64,000 nt of DNA from an uncultured Verrucomicrobiae bacterium (GCA_963719075.1 CAVRAN010000001.1:128324-192323); one strand, 5' to 3'; positions 39,266 to 48,689 are shown, counted from the first letter of the stretch. Translations and numbers: made by a program. Notes: generated by a model from the sequence alone, not told the origin.

Positions 39266-39607
39266 TCAGGATGCGGAGGCGTCGCCGTCGCGTTCGAGAA
39301 TTTCCGTCACGGAAGCCTTGGTGACTTCCATTTTGGCGTCGGCGGAACGCAGTGAAACGGTTTTATCCTTGACCGAAATGACGATCCCGATGATGCCACT
39401 GGACGTGACGATCTTGTCGCCGGACTTGAGGGCTTCGAGCAATTGCGCCTGCTTCTTGGCGCGCTGTTGCTGAGGGCGAATCAACATAAAATAAAAAACA
39501 ACGATCAGCAGGGCGAACGGCGCGAACGTAATCCAAATCGGCTGCTGCGGCTGGCTTGCCAACGGCGCAGCCTGCGCCAAAAATTCATTCAAACGATTCA
39601 TGTGCAT
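39266..39607 (-). CDS. yajC: preprotein translocase subunit YajC
   Basis: ..LLIVVFYFMLIRPQQQRAKKQAQLLEALKSGDKIVTSSGIIGIVISV.. is the YajC signature. Confidence 0.85.
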   Translation of the reverse strand: MHMNRLNEFLAQAAPLASQPQQPIWITFAPFALLIVVFYFMLIRPQQQRAKKQAQLLEALKSGDKIVTSSGIIGIVISVKDKTVSLRSADAKMEVTKASVTEILERDGDASAS

Positions 39608-39698
39608 ATTTTGAAAAGTGGCCGCTTACTTTAGGAAAAAAAACGGAATTGGCAAGTGTTATTGGCCAACAAGAGAGAACACGCTCACTTTAACAGTG

Positions 39699-40856
39699 TT
39701 ATTTTGCCGGCTGCAATTTGCCGCGCAGCACATGAATGAGCGCCTTGACGGTCAGTTCGATGAATAGAAACGGCTTGCCGATGAAATCGTTGCCGCCGCT
39801 CATCATGGAACTGGCGCGGTTGTCGAAATCGCTGAGGCTGGTGACAAAGATGACCGGCGTTTTTTTGTGCTGCGGCAGCGCGCGCATCTTGGTGCAAAGT
39901 TCGTAGCCGGTCATGCCGGGCATGTCCACGTCCAGAAAAACGAGGTCAAAATTATTTTCCATCAGCATATTGAGCGCGACATTGGGATCCTCGACGTTAA
40001 TACAATGAAGCTGCGCCTTTTCAATCGCGTAAGTCACGGCGCGACGCGAAATGACTTCATCATCCACGATCAAGACGTTGACGGCGGGAAATTCCTGTTT
40101 TTCCGGCGCGAGGCCGTGTTCGAAAAGAAATCCGAGAAAATCAATCGCGCTGGCAACGGTGCGCAAAGTGGACTGGTTAATGTTCTTCGGTTTTTCGTAA
40201 ATTTCCTTGAGGAAGGCTTCGAGTGCGCCGGACATTTTTGTGATTTGCACAAAACCGGTGACGCCCGCGTTGCCGGCGAGCGCGTGAATGCGGCGGTAAA
40301 GTTCGTGAATTTCTTTGAGCCGCGTTGCTTCGTTGTCGGCTCGAATCAGGCTTTGCAACGCGGCACGCAGCGTGTTCAGCGTGGCAGGCAAACTATCAAC
40401 AAAAGATTTTCGCAGCTCGCCCTGAAATTCCGCATCCGCCGCATCGCCGGTTGGTTTCGGTGCGGCTGGTGTGTGTGGAATTGCGCCGCTTTCGCCGATG
40501 GTCGCACGGACGAGATCGAGCACTTCCTGCGGCGAACAGCTCGCCTTTGACAAACATTTTGTGGCACCGGCTTTCCATGCTTCCTGAATCATGTTTGTCA
40601 TGTAGATATTCGAGAAGACAATGACCGGCAGGTTGGCCGATTCAGATCCGGCGCGTATTTGTTTTATGACTTCGACGCCCGACATTTTTGGCAACATGAG
40701 ATCCAAAAGCACCAAGCCGGGTTGAAAGCTGGCGATGAGCGCCAATCCCGCTTCGCCGTCCGATGCGGTTTCGACCTGATAACCTTCCACCGTCAACTTG
40801 TTTCGATAAATGTTGGCGATGATTTGATCATCTTCAATGATAAGCACTTTTTTCAT
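39699..40856 (-). CDS. phosphorelay protein: receiver - HPt-like - receiver
   Basis: REC1 is MKKVLIIEDDQ...LVLLDLMLPKMSG. The central HPt-like segment is ..LYRRIHALAGNAGVTGFVQITKMSGALEAFLKE... REC2 is ..VLIVDDEVISR...LVFLDVDMPGMTG..KP... The start overlaps the hybrid kinase stop (ATGA). Confidence 0.75.
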   Translation of the reverse strand: MKKVLIIEDDQIIANIYRNKLTVEGYQVETASDGEAGLALIASFQPGLVLLDLMLPKMSGVEVIKQIRAGSESANLPVIVFSNIYMTNMIQEAWKAGATKCLSKASCSPQEVLDLVRATIGESGAIPHTPAAPKPTGDAADAEFQGELRKSFVDSLPATLNTLRAALQSLIRADNEATRLKEIHELYRRIHALAGNAGVTGFVQITKMSGALEAFLKEIYEKPKNINQSTLRTVASAIDFLGFLFEHGLAPEKQEFPAVNVLIVDDEVISRRAVTYAIEKAQLHCINVEDPNVALNMLMENNFDLVFLDVDMPGMTGYELCTKMRALPQHKKTPVIFVTSLSDFDNRASSMMSGGNDFIGKPFLFIELTVKALIHVLRGKLQPAK

Positions 40857-43318
40857 GACGTTGCGGTTGCGGCAGGATTTTTACTTTGTTGCGCGGCCAG
40901 AAAAATCTGGATGCGTTTGTATTCTTTCAGGGCATTTTCATAAACCTGCGGCGAATGGGTTAACGCGTTCGTTTTGCCCTGCTGTTCCAGCTCCAGCAAT
41001 AGTTTTGCGAACGGCCCCATGCCGAGTGTCGCGCTCGCGCCTTTGCAACTGTGCGCGACGTGTTTGAGTTGATCGGAATTTTTTTCGCGAATGGCCGTTT
41101 CGATTTGCGCCAGTTGCTGCGTAGTCTGTTTGAAAAACATTTCGATCAATTCACGCATACTTTGTTCGTCGCCACCGGTCAAATCGGCCATGCGGCTCAT
41201 GTCCACCGCTGGTTCTTCCACCACCGGCTTTGGAGTTTCCGGCAACGGCGCAGCCTTTACAGTTTCTGTTACATTTTTTGGGGAAGCCCAGCGCTCGATC
41301 ATGCTGCGCACGTCGGTCGGGCGAATGGGCTTGGCCAGATAATCATCCATGCCCGATGCAATACATTTCTCGCGGTCGCCTTGCATGGCGTGGGCGGTCA
41401 TGGCGATGATGATGATGCGGCCGTTATAATTCGGATACGCCGCCGGATCCTTTTGGCGCGCGCGAATGGTGCTGGTCGCTTCGAGGCCGTCCATTTCCGG
41501 CATCATCAAGTCCATGAAAACCAAATCATACGACCGCCGTTCAAGTGTTTCGAGTGCTTCCCGCCCGTTATTGGCAATGTCCGGCTGATAGCCCATTTGT
41601 TGCAAAATACGCGAGGCAACTTTTTGGTTCAACTCATTGTCTTCCGCCAAAAGAATCCGCAACGGCAGCCGCTGCGCTAGAAGTTCGCCAGGGTTTTTCA
41701 GCGAAGATAATGGTGCTGGTGCTGCAGTCGTTTTTTTCTCGGCGACTTTTGGAGTCTGAACAACGCGTGTCAGTATTTCGCAAAGTTGTGCGGGTTTGAC
41801 TGGTTTGGCGATGGATTGAGCAAATTCAGCGTCTGCAACCGCCTTCCTGTCAGTGTGCGCGCCCAAAGGCGTAAGCAACAGCAGCGGCATGGCGGCGGCA
41901 TTCGGCAGTTTGCGAATTTCTTGGGCCAGCGCGGGGCCGTTCATGTCCGGCATTTGCCAGTCGAGAATGGCCAAATCAAATTGTTCACTCCGGCGAAGCC
42001 ATTCGAGGGCTTGCTGCGAATTTTCCGCGCTCTTGGGAATCATCCGCCATTTGGTTAATTGTTCGCCGAGTACGCGGCGGCACGTTGCATTGTCATCCAC
42101 AATGAGCGCGCGCAAATTTTCCAATTTCGGCTGTGGACTTTGCAACGCGGACGGCGCGACTGGCTGTTGCGTGAGAACATTTGCCGTGAAATGAAAAGTC
42201 GAACCTTCGCCCGGGACGCTTTCAGCCCACATTTTGCCGCCCATCAATTCGACCAGCCGTTTGCTGATGGCCAGGCCCAGACCGGTGCCGCCGAAACGTT
42301 GCGCTGTAGAAGTTTCAGCCTGCATAAATGGTTTGAACAATCGCGCCAGCTTGTCCGGCGCGATGCCGATGCCTGTGTCGCGCACCGAAAAATGCAGATG
42401 CAAAAGTGACGTGCTGTCAGTTTTCGCGGAAAGCAATTTGACTTGGACAAAAACGTCGCCGCTTTTGGTGAACTTCACCGCATTGCTTAAAAGATTCACC
42501 AGCACTTGCCGCAAACGAAGCGAGTCGCCTTCGACGGCAGCCGGAATGCTGTCTTCCATCTCGTAAATGAGTTCGAGATTTTTTTTGAACGCGGACGCCG
42601 CCATTAAATCAAGCGTTTCTTCAATGCACGCGCGCAAATCAAATGTCCGCGAATTCAATTCCATTTTTCCCGCTTCAATTTTTGAAAAATCCAAAATGTC
42701 GTTGATAATCGTGAGCAATGCATCGCTGCTGGTGTGAATCGTTTCGAGATAACCGCGCTGCTCGGCGGTCATCGGCGTTTCCAGAAGCAGGCCAACCATC
42801 GCGATGACGCCGTTCATCGGCGTGCGGATTTCATGGCTCATGGCGGCGAGAAAATCCGATTTGGAGCGGGCGTCAGCCTCGGCGGCGAGCCGGGCTTCAA
42901 TCAATTCGCTTTGTTTTTGGATCAAGTTATCAAACCGCCTTTTCGTTTGCAGCGCGCCGCGCAAACGCGCATGGAAAACTGCCGGATCAAACGGTTTGTT
43001 CACGCAGTCAGTGGCACCAAGGTCAAACGCGCGCAATTTCCCCAACGCATCGTCCGGGGCGGTGAGCGTGATAATCAACATCGGCGGCGATGGCGGGTTG
43101 TCTTTGAGATAACGCAACAATTTGAAACCCTCGGCATTGGATGTTTCCAGATCAACCAGCAGCAAATCAATGTGTCGCTCGTGAATGGCTGTGAAGGCGT
43201 CGTCCGCGTCATGCACAAATGAAACAACAATGCCATCCTCATGCAGAAGGTTCGACAAAACCTCCGGCATTTGCGAATCGTTTCCGATTTGCAAGATTTG
43301 AAAAACGGCTTCATTCAT
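40853..43318 (-). CDS. hybrid sensor histidine kinase (REC-HisKA-HATPase-REC-REC-HPt)
   Basis: I prefer the start at MNEAVFQIL (43318), which avoids overlap with the divergent E1alpha gene. H-box FLAAMSHEIRTPMNG. HATPase ..RDTGIGI..GGTGLGLAISK... There are two receivers. The C-terminal HPt is ..HVAHSCKGASATLGMG... Confidence 0.85.
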   Translation of the reverse strand: MNEAVFQILQIGNDSQMPEVLSNLLHEDGIVVSFVHDADDAFTAIHERHIDLLLVDLETSNAEGFKLLRYLKDNPPSPPMLIITLTAPDDALGKLRAFDLGATDCVNKPFDPAVFHARLRGALQTKRRFDNLIQKQSELIEARLAAEADARSKSDFLAAMSHEIRTPMNGVIAMVGLLLETPMTAEQRGYLETIHTSSDALLTIINDILDFSKIEAGKMELNSRTFDLRACIEETLDLMAASAFKKNLELIYEMEDSIPAAVEGDSLRLRQVLVNLLSNAVKFTKSGDVFVQVKLLSAKTDSTSLLHLHFSVRDTGIGIAPDKLARLFKPFMQAETSTAQRFGGTGLGLAISKRLVELMGGKMWAESVPGEGSTFHFTANVLTQQPVAPSALQSPQPKLENLRALIVDDNATCRRVLGEQLTKWRMIPKSAENSQQALEWLRRSEQFDLAILDWQMPDMNGPALAQEIRKLPNAAAMPLLLLTPLGAHTDRKAVADAEFAQSIAKPVKPAQLCEILTRVVQTPKVAEKKTTAAPAPLSSLKNPGELLAQRLPLRILLAEDNELNQKVASRILQQMGYQPDIANNGREALETLERRSYDLVFMDLMMPEMDGLEATSTIRARQKDPAAYPNYNGRIIIIAMTAHAMQGDREKCIASGMDDYLAKPIRPTDVRSMIERWASPKNVTETVKAAPLPETPKPVVEEPAVDMSRMADLTGGDEQSMRELIEMFFKQTTQQLAQIETAIREKNSDQLKHVAHSCKGASATLGMGPFAKLLLELEQQGKTNALTHSPQVYENALKEYKRIQIFLAAQQSKNPAATATS

Positions 43319-43445
43319 AGTTGTCTGAACGGGCGACCATTTAACACGAATTTCTGGGATTGGCCAAAAGGTTTTTTTCCGCTGCAAAAATTTCAATTCC
43401 GAAAGAAACATTGCTGGCAGGGCGCAATAGAGATAAAATCCCGCC

Positions 43446-44483
43446 ATGCTGCAAACGGTGCTTGAGCCCCGCGCAGAGAATGCGGCCGCTTTTTGCGAAA
43501 CATATCTGGCCGCATATCGCTTCATGCTGCTGGCGCGGCTACTGGATGATAAATTCGCCGCGCTTTATCGCGCCGGAAAAATTCACGGTGGCGTTTTTCT
43601 TGGCCGCGGTCAGGAAGCCTTGAGTGTAGCGGTTGGCGTTTCATTAAAAAAACCCGACGTGTTCGCGCCGCTCATACGCGACGCAGCAGGGCGACTTGCG
43701 TTTGGCGAAACAGTTTTGGACGCCGTGCGAACTTATCTCGGTTCATCCCTCGGCCCGATGCGTGGGCGCGACGGCAACGTCCATCGCGGCAAACCGCAGG
43801 AAGGCCAGCTTCCGATGATAAGCCATCTCGGCGCGATGATTTCCGTCGTCAACGGAGTTTTGTTTGCGCGCCGTTTCAAAAAAATTTCCGGAACGGTTGG
43901 CGCGGCGTGCATCGGCGACGGCGCGACTTCCACCGGCGCGTTTCACGAAGCGCTCAATCAGGCCGCCGCTGAAAAATTGCCGCTCGTTCTGATTGTCGCC
44001 GACAATCAATATGCTTACTCGACGCCGACTTCGCTTCAATTTGCGTGCGACGATTTGGCGGACAAAGCCGTCGGTTACGGTGTCGAATCACATTCAGTTG
44101 ACGGCACGGATTTGTCCGCGTGCTTGAAAACCGTCGGCAACGCCGTTGCCAAAGCAAGGGTAGGGGAAGGCCCGCAACTCGTCGTCGCAAAATTGCTCCG
44201 GCTTTGCGGCCACGGTGAGCATGACGATTCGAGTTACGTTGACCCGAAGTTAAAAAATTCCCCGCTGGGACGCGACTGTCTAAAAGTCGCCGAGGAATTT
44301 TTGCTGCAAAATAAACTTACCGATGCCGCTCAAATCGCCGTCTGGCGCAGCGATGCCATCCGTGAAATCGAAGAGGCCGTCGCGCAAGTCCAGCGCGAAC
44401 CCGCGCCCGATCCGTTTACGGAAAATTGGTCAGCAATTTCTTCCGAACACTTGGGCGAGACGCACGCAGAAAATGGGAACTGA
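43446..44483 (+). CDS. 2-oxoacid dehydrogenase E1 component, alpha subunit (TPP-binding)
   Basis: TPP motif ..ACIGDGATSTGAFHEALNQAAAEKLPLVLIVADNQYAYSTP... It belongs to the heterotetrameric E1 class. Substrate (pyruvate, branched-chain or acetoin) cannot be decided from sequence by eye. Confidence 0.85.
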   Translation: MLQTVLEPRAENAAAFCETYLAAYRFMLLARLLDDKFAALYRAGKIHGGVFLGRGQEALSVAVGVSLKKPDVFAPLIRDAAGRLAFGETVLDAVRTYLGSSLGPMRGRDGNVHRGKPQEGQLPMISHLGAMISVVNGVLFARRFKKISGTVGAACIGDGATSTGAFHEALNQAAAEKLPLVLIVADNQYAYSTPTSLQFACDDLADKAVGYGVESHSVDGTDLSACLKTVGNAVAKARVGEGPQLVVAKLLRLCGHGEHDDSSYVDPKLKNSPLGRDCLKVAEEFLLQNKLTDAAQIAVWRSDAIREIEEAVAQVQREPAPDPFTENWSAISSEHLGETHAENGN

Positions 44484-45444
44484 AATCACCTACATTGACG
44501 CCATCCGCGAAGCGCAGGCACGTGCGCTACGCGACGATCCGCGTGTTTTTATTTACGGGCAGGACGTCGGCGCATTCGGCGGCGCGTTCAAGGCCACGAA
44601 AAATCTGGCGAAGGAATTTCCCGGACGTGTTCTCGATTCGCCGATTTCCGAGGACGCGATGGTCGGCCTCGCCGTCGGCGCGGCGATTGAAGGCTTGCGC
44701 CCGATCATCGAAATGCAGTTCGCCGATTTTTCCACCGTCGGTTTCAACCAGATTGTCAACCAGGCCGCGACGCTTTTCTGGCGCACAAATGTTCCGTGTC
44801 CGATTGTTGTGCGACTTCCATTCGGCGGCACGTCTGGCGGCGGACCGTTCCACAGCCAGTGCATCGAAACGATTTACGCACATTATCCCGGCCTCATCGT
44901 GCTGACGCCCGCGACCGTCGAGGATGCCTACAGCATGTTGCTCGAAGCTGTCGCGCTCGACGACCCCGTGATTTTCTGCGAACACAAATTTCTTTACCGT
45001 CATTTGAAAGCCGAAAAATTGCCGAGCGAAGCATTGCCGATCGGCAAGGCGCGGATCGCCCGTGAAGGCCGCGACTTAACAATTGTGACTTACAGCGCGA
45101 TGGTTCACGAAGCGCTCGAAGCCGCGACGGAACTTGCGCCCGAAGGTTGGGAAATTGAAATCGTAGATTTGCGTTCCGTCAAACCGCTCGACACGGACAC
45201 GGTCATGGCCAGCGTTTCGCGGACGGGAAAATTACTGTGCGTCGGAGAAGCGTGGCCGTGGGGCGGAGTCACCGCCGAAATCATCGCGCGCGTCGCGAGC
45301 GAAGGTTACGGACTGCTCGATGCGCCGCCGCAACGACTCAACGCCAAAGACACGCCCGTGCCGTATCATCCGAATTTGTGGACGGCGCACCGTCCGACCG
45401 CGCGCGCTGTCGCTGCCGCTGCGCGAAAACTTTTGAGAACATGA
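44473..45444 (+). CDS. 2-oxoacid dehydrogenase E1 component, beta subunit
   Basis: Starts at ATG 44473 (MGTEITYIDAIREAQARALRDDPRVFIYGQDVG..), overlapping the alpha stop by 11 nt. ..DSPISEDAMVGLAVGAAIEGLRPI.. is typical. Confidence 0.85.
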   Translation: MGTEITYIDAIREAQARALRDDPRVFIYGQDVGAFGGAFKATKNLAKEFPGRVLDSPISEDAMVGLAVGAAIEGLRPIIEMQFADFSTVGFNQIVNQAATLFWRTNVPCPIVVRLPFGGTSGGGPFHSQCIETIYAHYPGLIVLTPATVEDAYSMLLEAVALDDPVIFCEHKFLYRHLKAEKLPSEALPIGKARIAREGRDLTIVTYSAMVHEALEAATELAPEGWEIEIVDLRSVKPLDTDTVMASVSRTGKLLCVGEAWPWGGVTAEIIARVASEGYGLLDAPPQRLNAKDTPVPYHPNLWTAHRPTARAVAAAARKLLRT

Positions 45445-45450
45445 AAATTG

Positions 45451-45525
45451 AACAACAAAGGAACGAAGGAACAAAGAATCGGAATCTTTGTTTTCAAAGC
45501 TCTGTTTCTTTGCTCCTTTGTTGTT
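45451..45525. repeat. 75-nt imperfect palindrome built from tandem 8-nt units in the E1beta-E2 spacer
   Basis: The outer arms AACAACAAAGGA / TCCTTTGTTGTT are a perfect 12 bp. The left arm contains AACAAAGG AACGAAGG AACAAAGA. The inner hairpin is ACAAAGA-atcggaa-TCTTTGT. It ends 8 nt before the E2 ATG. Confidence 0.7.
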
Positions 45526-45532
45526 AAAAATT

Positions 45533-46723
45533 ATGCCAAAAATTCCCATCATCATGCCGCAGCTTGGCGAATCCATCGCCGAGGCCAGAATTGTCAACTT
45601 CGTCGTCAAGCCCGGCGACAGTGTCGAGGCCGATCAGGATTTGATTGAAGTCGAGACGGACAAGGCCACGATGACCGTCGCGTCGCCGTGCAAAGGAAAA
45701 ATTGAAAAATTCAGCGTGCAGTTGAATGAAAGCTACGCCGTCGGTGCGACGCTCGGACAAATTGAAGCGACGAAAGAAGAAGCCGCAAGACTTGGACTCG
45801 ACATTGCTCCGGCAAAAACTTCCGAAACAGAACAGCTTTCAAAATCAGATTCAAATCGGAGAAGCGGTCGTGTGCAGCCGACCGTGCGCGGATTGCCCGT
45901 TCCCGCGAACGCGGCGGGCGCAAGTTATCTTTCGCCGCGGCTCAAGGCGCGCATGGACGAACTCGGTTTGCACGCGGCGGATTTGGCGGGTGTCGCGGGC
46001 AGCGGCGCAGCGGGGCGCGTGACCGTCGAGGATTTCGAGAAATACATCGCCAGTCTCGACAAACACAAAATGAGCGGCGCGTCTTCCATGCGCGTCGCGG
46101 TCGCCGACGCGATGCGGCGCAGTTGGACGCGTCCGCTCGCGACGGTCGGTTTGCCAGTGGCGCTCGACGCCGTTCTCGCGCACCGGAAAAACTCAAATCC
46201 AAAACCCGGCCCGGCGCTTTACGCGTTGCGCGCGCTGGCGATTGCGCTCGCGGAAAATTCCGCGCCCGCCGGACGGCTCGTCGGAAATAAAATTGTTCAT
46301 CCGAGTTCCATTGACGTCGGCTTCGCGGTCGAGGCCGAGGACGGCGTGCTCGTTCCCGTTTTGCGCGGCGCGGACAAAAAATCCTTGTCCGAACTCGTCG
46401 TGCGCTACAACGAACTGGTGGAACTCGCGCGCCAGCGCAAGCTGCCGGCGGACGCGACCGGCGGATCGATCGCCACGGTGACGAACTACGGCACGTTCGG
46501 GCTGATCTGGGCGACGCCGATTCCGCTGCCGGAGCAGACGCTCGTGCTGGGCATGGGTGCGGGACGGCGCGCGCCGAACTGGGACGAGGCGACCAAACAA
46601 TTCGTGCCGGTGATGGAGGCGAACCTGACGTTGAGTTTCGACCATCGCGTGCTGGACGGCGGCGCGGCGGGACGATTGCTTTCGCGCATCGCGGATTTGA
46701 TGTCGAGGCCGGAGAAGTTGTGA
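45533..46723 (+). CDS. 2-oxoacid dehydrogenase E2 (dihydrolipoamide acyltransferase)
   Basis: Starts at ATG 45533 (MPKIPIIMPQLGESIAEARI..). Lipoyl-lysine motif EVETDKATM, a peripheral-subunit-binding segment, and the catalytic ..SFDHRVLDGGAAG... Confidence 0.85.
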   Translation: MPKIPIIMPQLGESIAEARIVNFVVKPGDSVEADQDLIEVETDKATMTVASPCKGKIEKFSVQLNESYAVGATLGQIEATKEEAARLGLDIAPAKTSETEQLSKSDSNRRSGRVQPTVRGLPVPANAAGASYLSPRLKARMDELGLHAADLAGVAGSGAAGRVTVEDFEKYIASLDKHKMSGASSMRVAVADAMRRSWTRPLATVGLPVALDAVLAHRKNSNPKPGPALYALRALAIALAENSAPAGRLVGNKIVHPSSIDVGFAVEAEDGVLVPVLRGADKKSLSELVVRYNELVELARQRKLPADATGGSIATVTNYGTFGLIWATPIPLPEQTLVLGMGAGRRAPNWDEATKQFVPVMEANLTLSFDHRVLDGGAAGRLLSRIADLMSRPEKL

Positions 46724-46742
46724 TTTTTTTACGACGTAAAAT

Positions 46743-47687
46743 ATGTCTCTCTATTTTACTTATGCTAAAGCCGAGCCAGTTCCATTTCGTTATTTGACAG
46801 TTTCGCGCTTTGTAGGTCGTCTTCAACCACCGTATAAAACAACAGCACTTCCGAGTGATTATTTAGAATTTGCAATAGCAGATTTAGCGGAGGGTTCGCC
46901 AAAAGGATTAGTTAATGCTTTCGGGAATGTTAAACGTGCACTTCATTTTGAAGTGGATTATTTGCTCCAACAATATGGTCTTTTTCGTCATTTTGGGCAC
47001 CGGAATTTTCCTGCCAAACTTGAAGTTCTGGATGAGATTGGATTGCTGCCAATTACTCTTCTTTCAAATCTTAATTTTGAAAGAAATTTAATCGAGCATG
47101 AATACGAAGTGCCAACTCGTAAACGTGTTGCGGAAGCAATAGATGTTTTGAAATTATTATTATTTGCTACGGAAAAACTGATGGAAATGACGCCGTATGA
47201 AGTGGTTCTTGGATGGCGACAACCAAGTCGGCATATTTTGCTTCAACTTGAACCATTTGAAGGTGAATTGCGATTATTTACATTAACAGCAAAAGACAAA
47301 TATCAGAAAATTGCTGGCGAGAATTGTTTTTCTGGTCAATTGCGTTCTTTTGCTGGTGGTGAATTAATGCCCGACATAAAAATATCAAAACGACCTTGGA
47401 AAATTTTTCAGCTTAATAAATTACAAGCAATTGAATGGAGGCCAATCTTAAAAGAATTTGTGAATGTCCAACGGATTAACTCTGCAAAAAAGACTCATAT
47501 AAATCCAAATCAATTGTTTGCCACGATTTCTGTGACAGTTCCTTTTGCAATTGTAACGCAGAAAACGTGGGCGCAAATTTTAGATGAAAAAATTAAGGAA
47601 AATTTTAAGAATGTTGGTTCGAAAGGTGAAGACAAATTAAATTCACAAGTCACAGAAACTGCCGCAGCAGAAAAAGTTGATTCATAA
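46743..47687 (+). CDS. HEPN-motif protein (DUF86/HepT-like N-terminal ~150 aa) with uncharacterised ~165-aa C-terminal half
   Basis: 314-aa ORF in a conspicuously AT-rich ~1-kb patch. Residues 114-121 read RNLIEHEY (nt 47082-47105), which fits the R-x4-H HEPN motif in its RNxxxHxY form. The flanking segments look helical (..NVKRALHFEVDYLLQQYG.., ..TRKRVAEAIDVLKLLLFATEKL..). Confidence 0.55.
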   Translation: MSLYFTYAKAEPVPFRYLTVSRFVGRLQPPYKTTALPSDYLEFAIADLAEGSPKGLVNAFGNVKRALHFEVDYLLQQYGLFRHFGHRNFPAKLEVLDEIGLLPITLLSNLNFERNLIEHEYEVPTRKRVAEAIDVLKLLLFATEKLMEMTPYEVVLGWRQPSRHILLQLEPFEGELRLFTLTAKDKYQKIAGENCFSGQLRSFAGGELMPDIKISKRPWKIFQLNKLQAIEWRPILKEFVNVQRINSAKKTHINPNQLFATISVTVPFAIVTQKTWAQILDEKIKENFKNVGSKGEDKLNSQVTETAAAEKVDS

Positions 47688-47693
47688 ATTTAT

Positions 47694-48608
47694 TTATTTT
47701 TCTTCAAACGTCGCGACGATTGGCCGGTGGTCTGAACCTTTGCCCCAGTTCGGAATCGTGGGAATGTAAGTCTCGGCCTTCACCCAGTCGCACGCCATCG
47801 CGGGACTCAACAAAATGTAATCTATGCGCGCGTAGGTGTCGTCCGCGCCGTAGAAATAGGTCCACGCCACGTTGCGCGGCTCAAAATATGGCGGCTGGGC
47901 GGGCGCGTTGTCGCCGTTACGCTCGGCAGGGCGCGTGTCGGTGAGCTTGAATTTTCCACGCCCGATGATGGCCTTGATCGGGTCGGAATTTTTCAAGTCG
48001 TTGATATCGCCGAGAACAATTAGTTTTGCGTCTGGATTTTCTTTGAAATGTTCGTCAATGATGCCGCGCAAAACTTTCGCCTCGGCGAGACGCTCCTCGG
48101 CTTCATCGGCGTTGGGCGTGGCAAGCTTCGATTTCAAATGCGCGGCGATGAGCGTGAAGGTAAAATTCGTCGCGGCCTGGATTTCCACCTCGGCAAATCC
48201 ACGGCCGACGCGAAAACGTTTTCCGTCCAAAAGAAATTCGTCGTTCGTGTGCGGATACCGCGCGACGATGGGAAATTTGCTCAACACGGCGACGTGGATG
48301 TTCGTGTCCGCGCCGCTGACGTGTTCCCAAAACGGAAAATCCAGTCCGTCGGTTTTGAGCGACGCGCGCAATTCCAGCAGCGCGTTTGTCGTCCCCATTT
48401 CTTCGAGCGCAAGCACATCGGGTTTTATTGCTTCAATGCTTTCGCGGACTTTGGCTTTGGCTTCGGCGGATTTGACGAAGTGGCGCGATTGGGTTGGTTG
48501 ATCCAGATAATTTTCGACGTTGTAAGTAGCGACGCGAAAGGTTTCGGTGGCGAAGGAGGTGGAACAAAAAAGTATGACCGCGAAAATTGAGAAATAATCA
48601 CCCTTCAT
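47694..48608 (-). CDS. secreted endonuclease/exonuclease/phosphatase (EEP) family protein
   Basis: Signal peptide MKGDYFSIFAVILFCSTSFA. Motifs: FRVATYNVENY, ..VLALEEMG.., ..LIVLGDIND.., ..GSDHRPIVATF. Confidence 0.8.
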   Translation of the reverse strand: MKGDYFSIFAVILFCSTSFATETFRVATYNVENYLDQPTQSRHFVKSAEAKAKVRESIEAIKPDVLALEEMGTTNALLELRASLKTDGLDFPFWEHVSGADTNIHVAVLSKFPIVARYPHTNDEFLLDGKRFRVGRGFAEVEIQAATNFTFTLIAAHLKSKLATPNADEAEERLAEAKVLRGIIDEHFKENPDAKLIVLGDINDLKNSDPIKAIIGRGKFKLTDTRPAERNGDNAPAQPPYFEPRNVAWTYFYGADDTYARIDYILLSPAMACDWVKAETYIPTIPNWGKGSDHRPIVATFEEK

Positions 48609-48689
48609 GCCCTGTTTATATTGAAAGGAAAGTATCGGAAGCGGCTTTACTTTTCAAGAGAACATTTTGGTCAGTGGCTACTTTGATAT

